A stretch of DNA of 64,000 bases, taken from the NCBI RefSeq assembly GCF_963921235.1, contig NC_086118.1:22446001-22510000 (forward strand). Reading direction: 5' to 3'. Positions within the stretch are counted from its first letter, which is position 1; the number at the start of each line of letters is the position of its first letter. Both the position numbers and the translations under genes were made by a program. The stretch is from Mobula hypostoma. Its lineage: Eukaryota. The notes under the pieces were generated by a model that saw only the letters and a program-made list of their open reading frames with translations, was not told where the DNA came from and did no database searches. Of this stretch, positions 1-12,427 are shown one piece after another.

Positions 1-285
1 ATCAAGCACCCTTTATTTTTACACTGATCGAATCCTTTCCCACATTCCCAACATCCCAAAAACTCCCCTCAGGTTCCACCACTCAATTACACACGAGGGA
101 CAATTTCCAGTGGCCAATTAACTAACTAAAATACTCATTTTAGGATGTGGGAGGAAACGGGAGCACCCAAAGGAAACCCACTTGGTCACAGGGAGATTGT
201 GTATATCCTACACAGACAATGCCAGAGATAAGGATTGCTCTGTGGAGATGTGAGGTAAAAACTCCACTAGCTGCACCTCTGTGAC
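1..285 (-). mobile_element. V-SINE (HE1-like tRNA-derived SINE), degenerate
   Basis: Reverse complement of the V-domain core: ggatgtgggaggaaacgggagcacccaaaggaaaccca...cacagggaga (142-196), followed by a decayed tRNA-like head. Confidence 0.75.
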
Positions 286-905
286 ATTCTATTATGGAGC
301 TTCCTTTTGTTTTACCTTTCAAGTCCAAGGTCTAAATGTTGCAAGCAGAAAATGTTCCCAGTTGTCCATTTGGACTGACAAAGCTCATCGTACATTAAGC
401 ACTTTATCAGTTATGTTTTTCCGCCAGAGAGGGAATATGGAACTGCTGCATCAGCACTAACCTTATTAATAGGAATGCTAAACAACACCAATTATTTCTC
501 TTTTAATTATTCTTGCACTAGTGCATTGCTTCTTTTAAATTATCACAAGTTATTACAAATTAATATTCACAGAACTTCTGTGCATTCTGCACTGAAAAAG
601 ATTAACCAATCATAATGAATGCTCATTAACTATGACCTCTATATTCCATGTCTCATTATGATCAAAATTGGACTTCAACAAAACAATTTTGATATTTTCT
701 CCCATGTTTGAGGAGCTTTATCACTCTGAAATGAAACTATTCCAATAATTTTTGCATACTTTAATAACTAATCTCTCTATAATTAAAACAGCTTTTTAAA
801 TTACCATAAAAGCATCCTTCTATACATTTTAGAAGTCTGTAAAAGTTAAAGCTGGCATTTAGGTCATTTTAAGGTCATTTACTGGGCATCTCTAGTGATG
901 TGGCT

Positions 906-1613
906 TGTTAGCCCCTGGCTAACGGCCCCCAGTCTGAGTGATGAGAAAGACACCTTTCTCAGGCTCCTTACGTTTAGGGTTGATTTGAATTGTGTCCCAC
1001 CAACTTGGGAAGTTGGGATGTCTCGCCCACCCGAACCTTGATCTGTGTAAATACTGATCCCATGCAATTGCAAGAAATAACAGAACATACACTTCATACA
1101 ATTACAGAGAAAGTATATTTATAAATGTTAACTTAACCGAACTGCCACTAAAGAAGAAAGGGGGGAAAAAAAGAAAAGGCCCCATCATAACTAAAACAGT
1201 CAAATGTACACAGGTTGGAGCTCAAATTTTCTAAAAGCTGATATGTCCGATATACTCATGGTGCCATCTCCTATTCACTGATCACCAGGAAGATTTCTCT
1301 TCTTGGACTCCATTGAGTTGCACATTCCCATTGGATCAAATCCAATGGAGGGTTCTCTCGAGCTTCTTCTCTCTCCATCCTCTTCCGAAAAAACTTCGAC
1401 TCACTTCAATGTCAATCACAAAACCTCTCTGCCCAGCGTTCTCGAGAACCTTTTCCCTGGTTGGATGACATGACATTCCTAAGAATAAACAGCCCAACCT
1501 CTTATCTTTGATGGTAACCCAAACTCTTCCAGCAGAACACACTGCTTCTACAGAAAGCCATTAAATGGAATACTCTACAAAATTAGCAGTAAAATCTTAG
1601 TCAGGGCATTACA
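906..1613 (-). mobile_element. Putative solo LTR
   Basis: Starts tgttagcccc and ends gggcattaca (TG..CA, imperfect inverted termini); non-coding; LTR-sized. No convincing TSD. Confidence 0.5.
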
Positions 1614-1644
1614 CTTATAAATTCTGTATATCATAGATGAGTGC

Positions 1645-2505
1645 TGTCACGTGACTGGCAACAATGAATATAGAATTGAGTCAGTTTTTATAAAAACAAA
1701 CAAACATTTATTAAACTCTGCTCAAAAATAGTGAAATGTATTTAAACGACTAACTTAACTGGAAGTTAACTGCTATACGGCAACTCTGGAACAGTTCTTA
1801 AAAAGGTAAATGCGAAAATAGTTCTTAAAGTGGTAAATTCGAACACAGTCCTTAGAATGGTAAATTCGAAAGTCTGAGAGATTTATACAGTCAATTTGGA
1901 GAGACTTTCCTGAAGTAAAGAAGTCCCCGAAGACGTGACATTACTGCTGATCCCAGCTGGAACCTGTCTTGTCCGCAGGATTCACGACGACGGAAATAAA
2001 ACGGTTTAAAGGAACTGACCATTTCCTCTGGAGAATAGACACTGCGCAATCCTTCCTGCTTTAGCAGAGGATATCTCATGTAGGTCACTATTTCTTGAAC
2101 GAAGACTCAATAAAGGTCGATCCTCTCCAAAACCGCCGAACGATATCAGCTTTACTCGACTCGGCAAATTCCTGTACTTTGGTAAGGTCTTCACTCTCCA
2201 ATACTACTTACAATAGAAAGTAGAACTCCACTTTAAAACGAAACTGCGTCACAAGACGAATACGCAGCATAATGGAATATCTGGCGATAATAACAAACTA
2301 AACTTAAATCCCAACCGGAAAAACTAACTGCGTCACCACAGGGGTCTCCCTTTTATACCTGTGGTGAACATGTCATCACGTGACCTCACACTGGCGGGAA
2401 AATTACATCACCCCACCATCACATGACCATTACCTCATGGTCATATGATACTTAATTACATCATGGTCATAAGACAGTCATGAGATATCCATGAGGTATG
2501 TAACA
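1645..2505 (-). mobile_element. Solo LTR (Gypsy or ERV type)
   Basis: Termini tgtcacgt...atgtaaca; 4-bp flanks gtgc (1641-1644) and gcgc (2506-2509), one mismatch; reverse-strand AATAAA (~1708) and TATAAAAG (~2351-2358). Confidence 0.75.
1791..1871. repeat. 3 x 27-bp tandem repeat inside the solo LTR
   Basis: acagttcttaaaaaggtaaatgcgaaa / atagttcttaaagtggtaaattcgaac / acagtccttagaatggtaaattcgaaa. Confidence 0.85.
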
Positions 2506-4589
2506 GCGCAAATTCTTACAGTACTGTTGGGAGTGTCATATCAACTGAAGCAATACTCTGCCAAACACAAACATGTGGAAATACACTAAAACCCAGGCTT
2601 ATATCTATCAGCTGGAAACCATTTTGTGTCAAATCTGTTTCTTTCTCCCCCAATTCTGTCTCACTATTAAATAATAATATGTGCTTTATAACAAAACAGC
2701 AGCTGTATTTAAGTGTATTTATTTATGTATTATTCATACTTGGCTACAGGAGACCAGGTGTGAGTTACAAAGTAACTAATGATTAGGTTTCCAAAATGAT
2801 CACCTAGAGGTAGGTGTCAGCAGCAATATAAATTATTCACATTTCAAAATATCAATGAATAATACATGGAAGTACCAAGCAAACTGACTTAGCTCATAAA
2901 TCCATCCTCCATCAGGTCAGACTTCCAACAGAGTAATGTTTGTCGAGTTCATAAAACTGTAAAACGCAGAAGGGATAAACCACAGAAATATTTTAAAGAC
3001 AACATCACATAGTCTGGGAAACTGGAATCTGAATAAAAATATGACTGCACTTATCTTCTGAAGTACATTATCATTTTCAGCTATATAAAACAGTGAAAAT
3101 ATTACAATTAAAGAGAAGATCTCAGAACAACTGAAAAGAGTTAAATAAATACCATGGTTCAGAGACACATGTAACCAGGACAGTCCTTTGCTATGTTGTG
3201 ACTTCATGGAAATTCTATTGCCATGGGTTAGAACAGAGTCAGAAAGGAAACTGTGAAAGAAAGGGAAAAAATTAAATATGGATCACATGAAGAATGAGTA
3301 GGAGTAAAAAACATCATCAATTTGCTTTTCAAGACCAAAGCTTGAACAGAAGTGGATGCAGTTAATCAGAGCAACTAGGGGAGGGAATCAGAGAATGAAG
3401 ACAGGAGGAATTGAAACAAAGATAATATGAATAGCATAAATGGAATGCATGTATTGTGTTGGCTTCTGGCCAAAATATTTCTTTTTCATTTTCCTTTCAC
3501 CTGTGTACGAATGTTCCATGTCATATTCTAATATTTTATGATTTCATCTATGAATTCACTGTTTGCAGTTTCTGTGGTACTCAGACCTGCCAATTCCCCA
3601 CCATTCAATTACTTGCTTAGGTAGGCAGCAAAATTAGAGAATTGGTTGTGTTTTCAATAGTCAATTGATACAGGAAACAGGACATTACTTTCTTAATGTG
3701 AACTTTCTTTAAGCACAAGTCAAATTTTGTATTCATCTTTGCCTCCTTGGCTAATCACGTACCATCCTAGATGCATCAGTTGGTTACAGGAAGCAGACAA
3801 TTATCTCTGTATAACTCAGGTCTTTGCATAATTGGGAACTTGTTTTAAATTGAGTTGTTTGCATTATGCATTTTAATCAATTGCTTGCTTACGTTACTGC
3901 CCTGGGATAATTTATATTATTTCCCAAGCAATCATTACACGTGGCATAGCGAATGAAAATTCTGTTGGTCAGTCTGTGCTATTTTGGTAAACTAATTTTA
4001 TTCCGATTTTAAGGCAAACTAGAAACTTCAGTTTAGTGTTATTTCTTAGGTTTGATTGTTTCTACCCTGGAATAATGATGCACTGAATACCAGTTCAAGT
4101 GTATTTGTGTGTGAATTTGTTCATCTTTCCAGTCTATGTGTAATTAAGAGGGAAGATGACACCATCATGTTTTGAACATAAACACATGACTAACAATACC
4201 AATAACTCAGTAAGAAAAATAACAGATGTTTTTCTCTATCCTTACAATACCAGGAGTTTGATCACCATAATAGACTTCTTGTCAATCGGTCCATTAAAAA
4301 AAGATGCATTTCCTTCAACCATTGCACAGGTAGATTCAAACAGTCATTGATGTTTTCTCTTTCCACAGATGCTCTGGACCTTCTGAGTGTGGAGAGATAG
4401 AGCCAAAGATATACAGATACTTTTGCATCTCAAGGCTATACCAACCATCAACCTCACATTTACACTAATTCTAGGTTAATCAAACTTAAGCGCTTCTGAT
4501 ATTTTCTGTTTTTGGTTTAGATTTTTGGCATGTACAGATTTTTCTCTTGCTTTTCAGTATTTGAATTTTTTTTTGCATTCTCCCAGGAC

Positions 4590-5130
4590 TCAGGATGACA
4601 CACTCGCATGTCACTTTGATGAGTTCTGAGGTGGCTGATGAGGTTAGTGTGAGAACTGGACCTTGGCCACTACTTGCCTCTTCCAGAGGTGAGGCAGGTA
4701 GTGGCCAACAAGCTAGGTGAGGTGACTCATTCTTTCGAAGGTCTACTCTCGAAGGTCTCTGTGTGTTCCTGATGCATGGGATGAGCTTACAAATATTCCT
4801 TCTCCACCAAGAATAGTTATGGGTCAGACATTCTCAGGAATCAGTAGGATATTGTATATCTTCAAAGAGGCTTTGAGCACTTTCTTGAATCTTTTCCTCT
4901 GTTCACCTGGTAAATCTCTTCCCATAATAATGATGAGAATAGGATATTTGTTTGAAGGATGTAGTGTTGGGCTTGCTGATGATGGCAAACCTAATAAAGC
5001 CAATTGAAATGATATTGACATTATTATCTTCCCAGTCAATTTGGAGGATTTTGAGAAAGTACTTGATGATACTTTTCCAATCCCTTGAGATTTCATTGTT
5101 GGTAGTATATTTCTATGGAGGGCAGAGATC
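4590..5130 (-). mobile_element. Old RTE-clade LINE 3' fragment
   Basis: ORF 4824..5132 contains GRDLPGEQRKRFKKVLKASLK, resembling the RTE ORF2 C-terminal G(Q)xKRFKDxLKxSLK motif. Confidence 0.55.
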
Positions 5131-5527
5131 ATGACTCAAACTTAAATCTTATGATATTAAGTCTTAAAATTTCCTTCCATCATTTGCCAAAACATTTAAA
5201 GAGAGATTTCAAGACAAAAATAGGTTATATTTTAATTTCCATTTTGAATGCTGGGCTTATTGTAGAATAATTTTTGGAGCCCCTATTTATGCATTTATTC
5301 TTGATTTTCTTTTAGTGTGATATCACTTAAATTTGTAAGTTGATGCATTTATCAATAGTTTTAATCATTCAACAATTACATGATAGTTATTTCTCTTTTG
5401 GGATCAATCTCACCTTGAGACAAGGAATTGGATCAATATCCCTTCAGTTCAATTGTCTTTCTGAAAAGGGCATCCTGCCAAGGTTTCATTTCTGTTTTTG
5501 CATTTAAGGTGAGGTCTCAATATTTAT

Positions 5528-6644
5528 GCTGTGGTCGCATCCGTTAGTCTCGCGAGACCATGGACCTGCGCCTGGAAAGTCTTGCTTCAGTCTGTGTTAG
5601 AGCAGCGTCTGTTGTGGCTGTAGAGGCCCACACGGGAGTGACAGTCTCGGCTGCAGCGAATGCACTTGAAGGCACTGTCCTCCAGTGTTGTCTTGGTGCT
5701 GTTTTTCTGACGAGTGCGCTTTTCTTCAGCAGCAAGCCTCAGCTTCTCTTCTCCTCTTTTTTAGACCTCTGCGTAGTTCTAACCTCCAGTGAGAGCGATC
5801 GCTCGTGATGTCCTCCCACCTCTCGATGTTCATTTTCAGTGACTTCATGTCTCTCTTGCAAATGTCTTTGAAACGAAGATGGGGCCGCCCTTGTGCTCTC
5901 TTGCCGGAGGCCAGTTCCCCGTACAGCAGGTCTTTCGGGATCCTCCCATCTGACATGCGGTGTACGTGGCCCAGCCAGCGGAGACAGCATTGTTGGAGCA
6001 GGGTGAAGAGGCTGGGTATCTGGGCACAGGCCAGGACCTCTTGTTGGTGACTCAGTCAGTCCAGGTGATGTCCAAGATGCGTCTCAGGCTGCGAAGGTGG
6101 AAGGCGTTGAGACGCTGCTCTTGTCTGGAGTAGACGCTCCAGGTCTCGCTGCTGTAAAGCAACGTGCTGAGGATGCAGGCCCTGTAGACTACAACCTTGG
6201 TGTGCATCGTCAGCTTTCTGTTCTCCCAGACTCTCTTTGTCAGCCTGGCGAATGTTGAGGCTGCTCGTCCGATCCGTCTGTTGATCTCGGGGTCTAAGGA
6301 GAGGCTGTCCGTGATGGTGGAGCCAAGGTATGTAAACTCATGAACTACCTCCAGCTCGTAGTTGTTGATGGTAGTGACAGGGGGGTGCTCAATGCCTTGG
6401 CCCAACACATTGGTTTTCTTCAGGCTGATGGTCAAGCTGAAGTCCTGGCAGGCTCTTGAGAAGCTGTCCATGAGGTGTTGCAGTTGCTCTTCAGAGTGTG
6501 TTGCCAGTGCCGCATCGTCTGCAAACAACGTGTCCCTGATGAGTACTTCACGAACCTTGGTTTTTGCCCTCAGCCGGGACAAATTGAACAGCCTCCCGTC
6601 CGATCTGGTGTGGAGGTAGTCACCACCAGTTGATGTTCCAAAGG
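5528..6644 (-). mobile_element. RTE-clade LINE, 5'-truncated (C-terminal RT half and 3' UTR), pseudogenised
   Basis: ORF 6052..6582: LFADDAAL, ISLKKT, FTYLGS. After a TGA (6052-6054) and a 1-bp frameshift it continues LRWLGHVHRMSDGRIPKDLLYGEL...RFKDICKRDMK (ORF 5726..5956). Confidence 0.92.
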
Positions 6645-7759
6645 AAATGCATCTTAAAAGGCATGCTAGATAACTACATTAACTTGACACTTTTGACCTG
6701 TAACGTTGTGAGTCCATGGATGCAAACTTCAATACTGCCTGGGGCTAAAAGTTCGTGGGTGCCACTGGCACAAAGTAAATGATTAAGAAATTGGGCAACT
6801 TGAACAAATGGCCACTGAGTGGGCATTAGGGATGAGCGTTTTCATTAGGGCCACGGGGAGTTGGAAAGACATTGGGCAGATCAGACAGTCGGGTGGAGTT
6901 GTTTGGAAGTTAGGTGGGGTAATTGGATGGTTATTAAAGTAATCAGGCAGCAGGTTTTGGTTACTGGGTGGTAGGATAGACCGGGGGTAGGGGTGTGGTC
7001 CCGATGAGGGTTGTTTGGATGATTGTTGGGGAAGATTGGTACCTCAGGGGTTATTCAGAGTTGGAAATTTGGGGTCAGAAAGTCAGGTAATGATGGCTAG
7101 GTAAAGCTGCAACAAGGCTAATATTTGGATCACGGATGAGATTGGTTCATACAGGTTTCAGTGCAGGTAGGGTGGGAAAACCCAAAAGGTCTAAGGTAAG
7201 TATAGAGAATAACCTTATTGGTGCATATCCAACATGGGAGTCCTATGGGTCACACAAGCACAAGCATAACACTTACTGCGGTGTGTCCAGGTGACTTTCT
7301 GGACCATTCCAAAATGACTCAGAAATGCTTGTTATTGCTTTTTTGTTGCTATGCCATTGCATTTCTTGCTGAGGCATTTAGGTGAATAGTTAGATGCGGG
7401 GAGAAATTTTCAGAAGCGATGAGGGAGACTCTTTCTCAGAAGGCAGATAACAAATTCTTTCATTGTCATAGACTACAGTTAAACTATAAATGATAAGAAA
7501 CTAGACATGTTATGTATGAGAAATGTTGCCCTTACATAAATGTCTTAAGCACGTGTAAGTGTTGAACAACCTTACACAGTGCAAAAAGCCACCACGAATG
7601 GGTGACTCCAGCCACTTGTTTTCTTTTGAATCATTGGCAGTATTAATCATTCTATAGCTGGAGCCACTGTCACTAATTCCCAGATCTAATCGTATGAACA
7701 ATTTGCCCTTCGATGGAGCTGATCAATCCCTTTCAGAATCTCCCTAATTGCCTGACAGA

Positions 7760-8075
7760 CAGTTCAGTGAATTGGTAATCACAACAGCAATGTAGGAGGT
7801 ACAGCTGCTAGTTAAGACATAACAAGTTCTCACAAGCAAAAATAAGTGAATCAAAGGATACACCTTGACCAAAATACCAGGGACAGTTCCACTGCTTTCT
7901 CAAAAATAGTCACATTAGAAATTTCGCCTCTGAGACCAAACATAGCCTTAATTTAACAGCACTTTCAAACAGCACCATTAATAGTGGATCACTGTAATAG
8001 GCTAGAATCTAGATTTTAGTGCACAAATGTCAGGATTGGTTATTGATCTTAAAACTTCTGAGGCCACAATTGAAA
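7760..8075 (-). mobile_element. DeuSINE-like (SacSINE1/AmnSINE-type) relic
   Basis: Degenerate reverse match to remembered DeuSINE body (ctgctttctcaaaaatagtc..., ctagattttagtgcacaa...). Confidence 0.45.
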
Positions 8076-8186
8076 CTCTCACAATTTGGCCAAATAAATT
8101 CTTCAATGTTTGCCATTTGGAGATAATGCAATATCCTTTCTGCATCTGATCTTTTTTCTTTGAAAGATTTTTTTTAATATACTTAG

Positions 8187-8423
8187 TGTTACGCTTTGTA
8201 ACTTCAAAACATTAAACAAATTTGAAAGAATACATGGGAGTCCGAAATGCTGGTCTAACTTTAAGTTTACTTTAAGGAGGGGGAGTGCCCACATATCGTG
8301 TGGTGACATGATGATGTACACAATTAATGTATGTTTTGCCTGTAATTAATTATTTAAACTAACAAATCTGCTTAATCAACCAATATATATATACAAGATT
8401 GGTCAAATATTAAATACGCAACA
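8187..8423 (-). mobile_element. Short solo LTR (237 bp)
   Basis: Inverted termini tgttacg / cgcaaca; 5-bp flanks cttag (8182-8186) and cctag (8424-8428), one mismatch. Confidence 0.65.
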
Positions 8424-8619
8424 CCTAGGCAATTCCCATCATAAGGTACTTAGTCAAATGGGATACCCACACATTTTTCGTGAGCTAAGTTTCAAGAAGT
8501 AACAATGAGGTTCGATCAAGACACATAGCTGCACCTGATATATTCCATTATCCTATTAGGTGTGTGCCAGTGATTGGTTCTTGGGTGAAGATGAAGTTAA
8601 GCTGTTCAGTGATATTTCA

Positions 8620-9003
8620 TTAAAGCAGCCAATATAATCAAAGACCACCTCACCTCCCTGCACTTTTTCTCTTCTCCCCATCAGGTAGAAGATACAGAAG
8701 CCTGAGTGCATGCACGATAAGGCTCAAGATCAGCTTCTATCCTACTGTTATAAGTCTATTCAATTGAGCTCTTGTACTCTAAAAAGAATTCTTGACCTCA
8801 TAATCTAGCTTGCCGTGGCCTTACACCTTGTTATCTACCTGCACTACACTCTACCTGGAACCGTAACACTATATTTGCATATTGCTATTGATTTCCCTTG
8901 TATTGTTTGGATGCACTGATGTGAGGAAATGATCTGAATGGATGACATGCAAAACTAAGTTTTTCACTAAGTTATGCAACAATAATAAATCAGTTTACCA
9001 ATT
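8620..9003 (+). mobile_element. Rex1/Babar-like LINE 3' end
   Basis: cttctccccatcaggtagaagatacagaagcctg resembles the LPSGRRYRSL C-terminal motif (with an indel); ends aataataaatcagtttaccaattt. Confidence 0.65.
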
Positions 9004-10078
9004 TAGAATAACCAGTGATATTTATCTGTGTTCACTCATTTAGGTAGCCAATTACACTTAATACCTGGCATACCCCAGCTTGTAGCTGTATATGAACAAA
9101 AATTCAATTGAAATTCTCTCCTTGTGTCTACAAATACACTAAAATGATCTTTCAGTATTGAGAAGACTTTTCTTAATTGCTGTTTTTGGCTTGTTACTCT
9201 ACAACAATTTAGTAAGGACTAAAATATTTAACTTCTCAGTGAGCTCCCAAATGTAATCCTATAATTAGTAATACAATATTGCTGTGTTTTCTGGGATTTC
9301 ACTGATGTTTCTGAGGATAGATCATCGCTTTGTGACTCAGAAAAAAAGCTTGAGTATTTATTAATAATGTTCCTAAAACTTCCTTCTAAAATGAATGCTT
9401 GTAGTCATCTATTTATGAGCAACTTTCATCTGATATTATCAAAATGTTAGTTTAAGTTATAAACAGTTGCAACGCATTTTTAGATAGGTCAGCCCATCAG
9501 TCTATTTTGAATCAGTCACATGAGTAAAAGTCAAGGCCCAGTTTGGTATTCTTTTCTCCTTGATATTGTTCATGTTTTCACATTTCAATTTGGAAAGTAA
9601 TGGCTTTAAATCTAATTTATTTTGTCTTTGTGCTCCTTCAACATTGATCAGGGTACATTTGTTTGTGGATGGATTCGAGGGAACATCCTTTCACACAATT
9701 CAAATATCTCTGAGAGCTGCTTGAGATGATAGATGTGAAACATTGGTGGCGATTTTGAGGAGCCATTTAATTGGACTGTTATTGGTCTAGTAGATTTGAG
9801 CCTTCAATTAGAGGAGACAAAAAATCCAATGGATTGATTTTATGAAGGTAGAATTGTTTTTCCACTGCGGTTAAGGACCTGTGTCCTCCATGAAGTAATT
9901 GCTTGTGTGTAGTTGGAATACTTGTTGGCTAATTCACTAGACTTATTTCTTCTGTCAAATATAAAAATCTCAGTACTGCTGACAAAAAGGTTCAGATGAT
10001 ACTTCAAAAAGATATTTTATTGTCTCCAAAATGTTCACTAATAGTATTCTGGAATCTGTTAAAGGTTTTTAAATTTTA

Positions 10079-10574
10079 CACTCAGTGGCCACTTTATTAG
10101 GTGCCTGGTGGTTTCAACATATTGTACATTCAGAGATGATAGCCTGCACACCACTTTTGTAACATATGGTTATTTGAATTACTGTTGCCTTCCTGTCAGC
10201 TTTAACCAGTCTGGCCTTTTCCTCTGACCTCTCTCATTGACAAGGCTTTTTCACACACAGAACAGCCGCTCACTGTATGTTATTTTGTATTTTTGTACCT
10301 TTCTCATGAACTCCACAGTCTGTTGTGCATGAAAATCCGAGAAGGTCAACTCGGATTTCTGAGATACTCAAACCACCTCATCTGGCACTAACAATCATTC
10401 TACGGTTGAAGTCACTTAAACCACATCTCTTCCCCTTTGATCTGAACAACTGAACCTCTTGACCATGTTTGCATGCTTTTTATGCATTTGAGTTGCTGCC
10501 AAGTGATTGACTGATTAGATACTTGTATTAATGAACAGATGTACAGTTGTACCTCATAAAGTGGCCATTGAGTG
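10079..10574. mobile_element. Tc1/mariner-type non-autonomous element (MITE)
   Basis: TIRs cactcagtggccactttattaggt / acctcataaagtggccattgagtg, TA on both sides (10077-10078, 10575-10576). Same family as 48639-49200. Confidence 0.88.
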
Positions 10575-10929
10575 TATTTTATCTTCCTTCATGGAATGAA
10601 ATTCCCCTCTGGTGAAATGAAATGCCCAAAACTTGGCCATAAAAAGGATTAAACCAGGTTATTAATGGTAGTGAAAAATTAGGAAATACAGAGGTTTTAA
10701 AAAATAACTAAAAATACTATATTCCAGTGCTAGAAAGTCTAAAAACTTGGCAGAACACACATCTACAATGTAAAGAAGAGGTCTGCAATAGATATAGACT
10801 GCATTTTGAGAAAGGAGAATAGTTTAGGATATCACACATTCAAAATTATCTTGGATACAATAGCTTGCCCATGGTTTCAAAGACTGATTGTCAGGCAAGA
10901 GTGCATAAAATTGCCTTGTTTTTGTTGGA

Positions 10930-11290
10930 ATATAGAAAGTGGACAGGTGATTTGACTGAAGTATTTAGAATTTTGTAGCAGTTGTGGGAAGTCTAGGACA
11001 AGAAGAGTAGCCTGAAATTAGTGCCGGAGCATCCCGAAGAGAAGTTGAAAACCTCTTCATGCAAGGGGTTATCAGAAAGTGGATCTTTCTCATGAATGAG
11101 CAACAGATGCTAGTCTGATCACTGATGTTAAACGTGACATCCATATTTTTCTGCTGTACGTACAGTACATAATAAGATATTATGGCAAGGCATGTGGATA
11201 GATTTAAAATACAGATTGATGACCATCTCTTAAATAGCGAAGTACCTGTTTTCATGTAAGAGACATGAATGGATCTACGACCTTGTTTTC
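10930..11290 (+). mobile_element. Highly degenerate CR1 3' fragment
   Basis: Weak similarity to the CR1 ORF2 C-terminus seen in other copies here (gggaagtctaggacaagaag..., cttcatgcaaggggttatcagaaagtgg). Confidence 0.45.
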
Positions 11291-11834
11291 TTTTGAATGG
11301 AAGAGTTTCTGGACTATTGGATGTTACTCCATAAAAATACTCCAGCTCACATTTTATGTGGGAACCAAGGTGCTGGAAATTTTAAGGGAGAATGAGAATC
11401 CAAGCCCCAGTATGCCTAAGTGTCTAATGGAGGGCCTGAACTGAGGCCCAGTGCATCATCAAGGGCATAGAAGCAGGGGCCCTTGAGTAGGAAACAGAGT
11501 GCCAAAACTGGACCCTATACATAACAGAGGGCAGCAAAACTAGGGCCCTTTTGCAGCAGTGCAGGAGCCAGAACTCTGATGTGTTCATGGAATGTGAGTT
11601 GAATGGCAAACAATTGGGATTTCTGAACAAAGGGTTATTAGATTATTAGTTTTATTGATTTCCTCTGTGTGTTGCAGGAATTGGACATAGACCTGCATGT
11701 TACTATAGGCTGGGATGGGCAATACCATCCACTGATTTGTGAATTGCATTGTTATTGAAATTAGATGTTTCACACTTTTGCTGAGAATATCCCATCCAAA
11801 GCTCTCTCCTCCATTTTTTAAAAGTAATGAATAG

Positions 11835-12427
11835 GGGGACCACTTTGTTGACCATTTCCACTCCATCCACCAAAAGTGGTATTTCCTGGTGGACAGCTAT
11901 TTTAACTCCCATCCCTGTTCCCGTTCTGAAATGTTGTGCCATAGCCTCCTCTTTTGCCATTCTGAGGGTGGAGAAACAGCACCTCATATTCCATCTGGGC
12001 AGCTTCCAACCCAAAAGCATGAACATCAATTTCTCCTTCCAGTATTTTTTTTCCTCCCCCTTACCTCTTCTATTCCCCACTCCCACCTCTTATTTCTTCT
12101 CACATGCCTATCATCTCCCCCACTGCCCTTCCTTCTTCCACTTCTCCATAGCCCACTTTCCTCCCCTATCAGATTAACTTCTTCTCCAGCCTTTTACCTT
12201 TTCCACCCACTTGTCTTCACCTATTACCTTCTAGCTATCCTCCTTCCCCTCCCCTGCCTTTATACTCTGGCATCTTCCCCCATTCTTTCCATTCTTGAAA
12301 AAAGGTCTCGGCCTGAAACATCGACTGTTTATTTGTTTCCATAGATGCTGCCTGACCTGCTGAGTTCCTCCAGAATTTCGTGTCTGTTGCTTTGGATTTC
12401 CAGCATCTGCAGAATCTCTTGTGTATT
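11835..12427 (+). mobile_element. Penelope-like element, 3' fragment (end of GIY-YIG region plus terminal repeat)
   Basis: GDHFVDH...RVEKQHLIFHLGSFQPKSMNINFS is homologous to 37008-37238; tail gatgctgcctgacctgctgagttcctccag shared with 37506-37535; 7-bp TSD tgaatag (11828-11834, 12428-12434). Confidence 0.85.

Noticed and set aside
906..2505. Two adjacent LTR-like blocks as the paired LTRs of one mini-element
   Set aside because: They are not direct repeats of each other, and the second has its own TSD.
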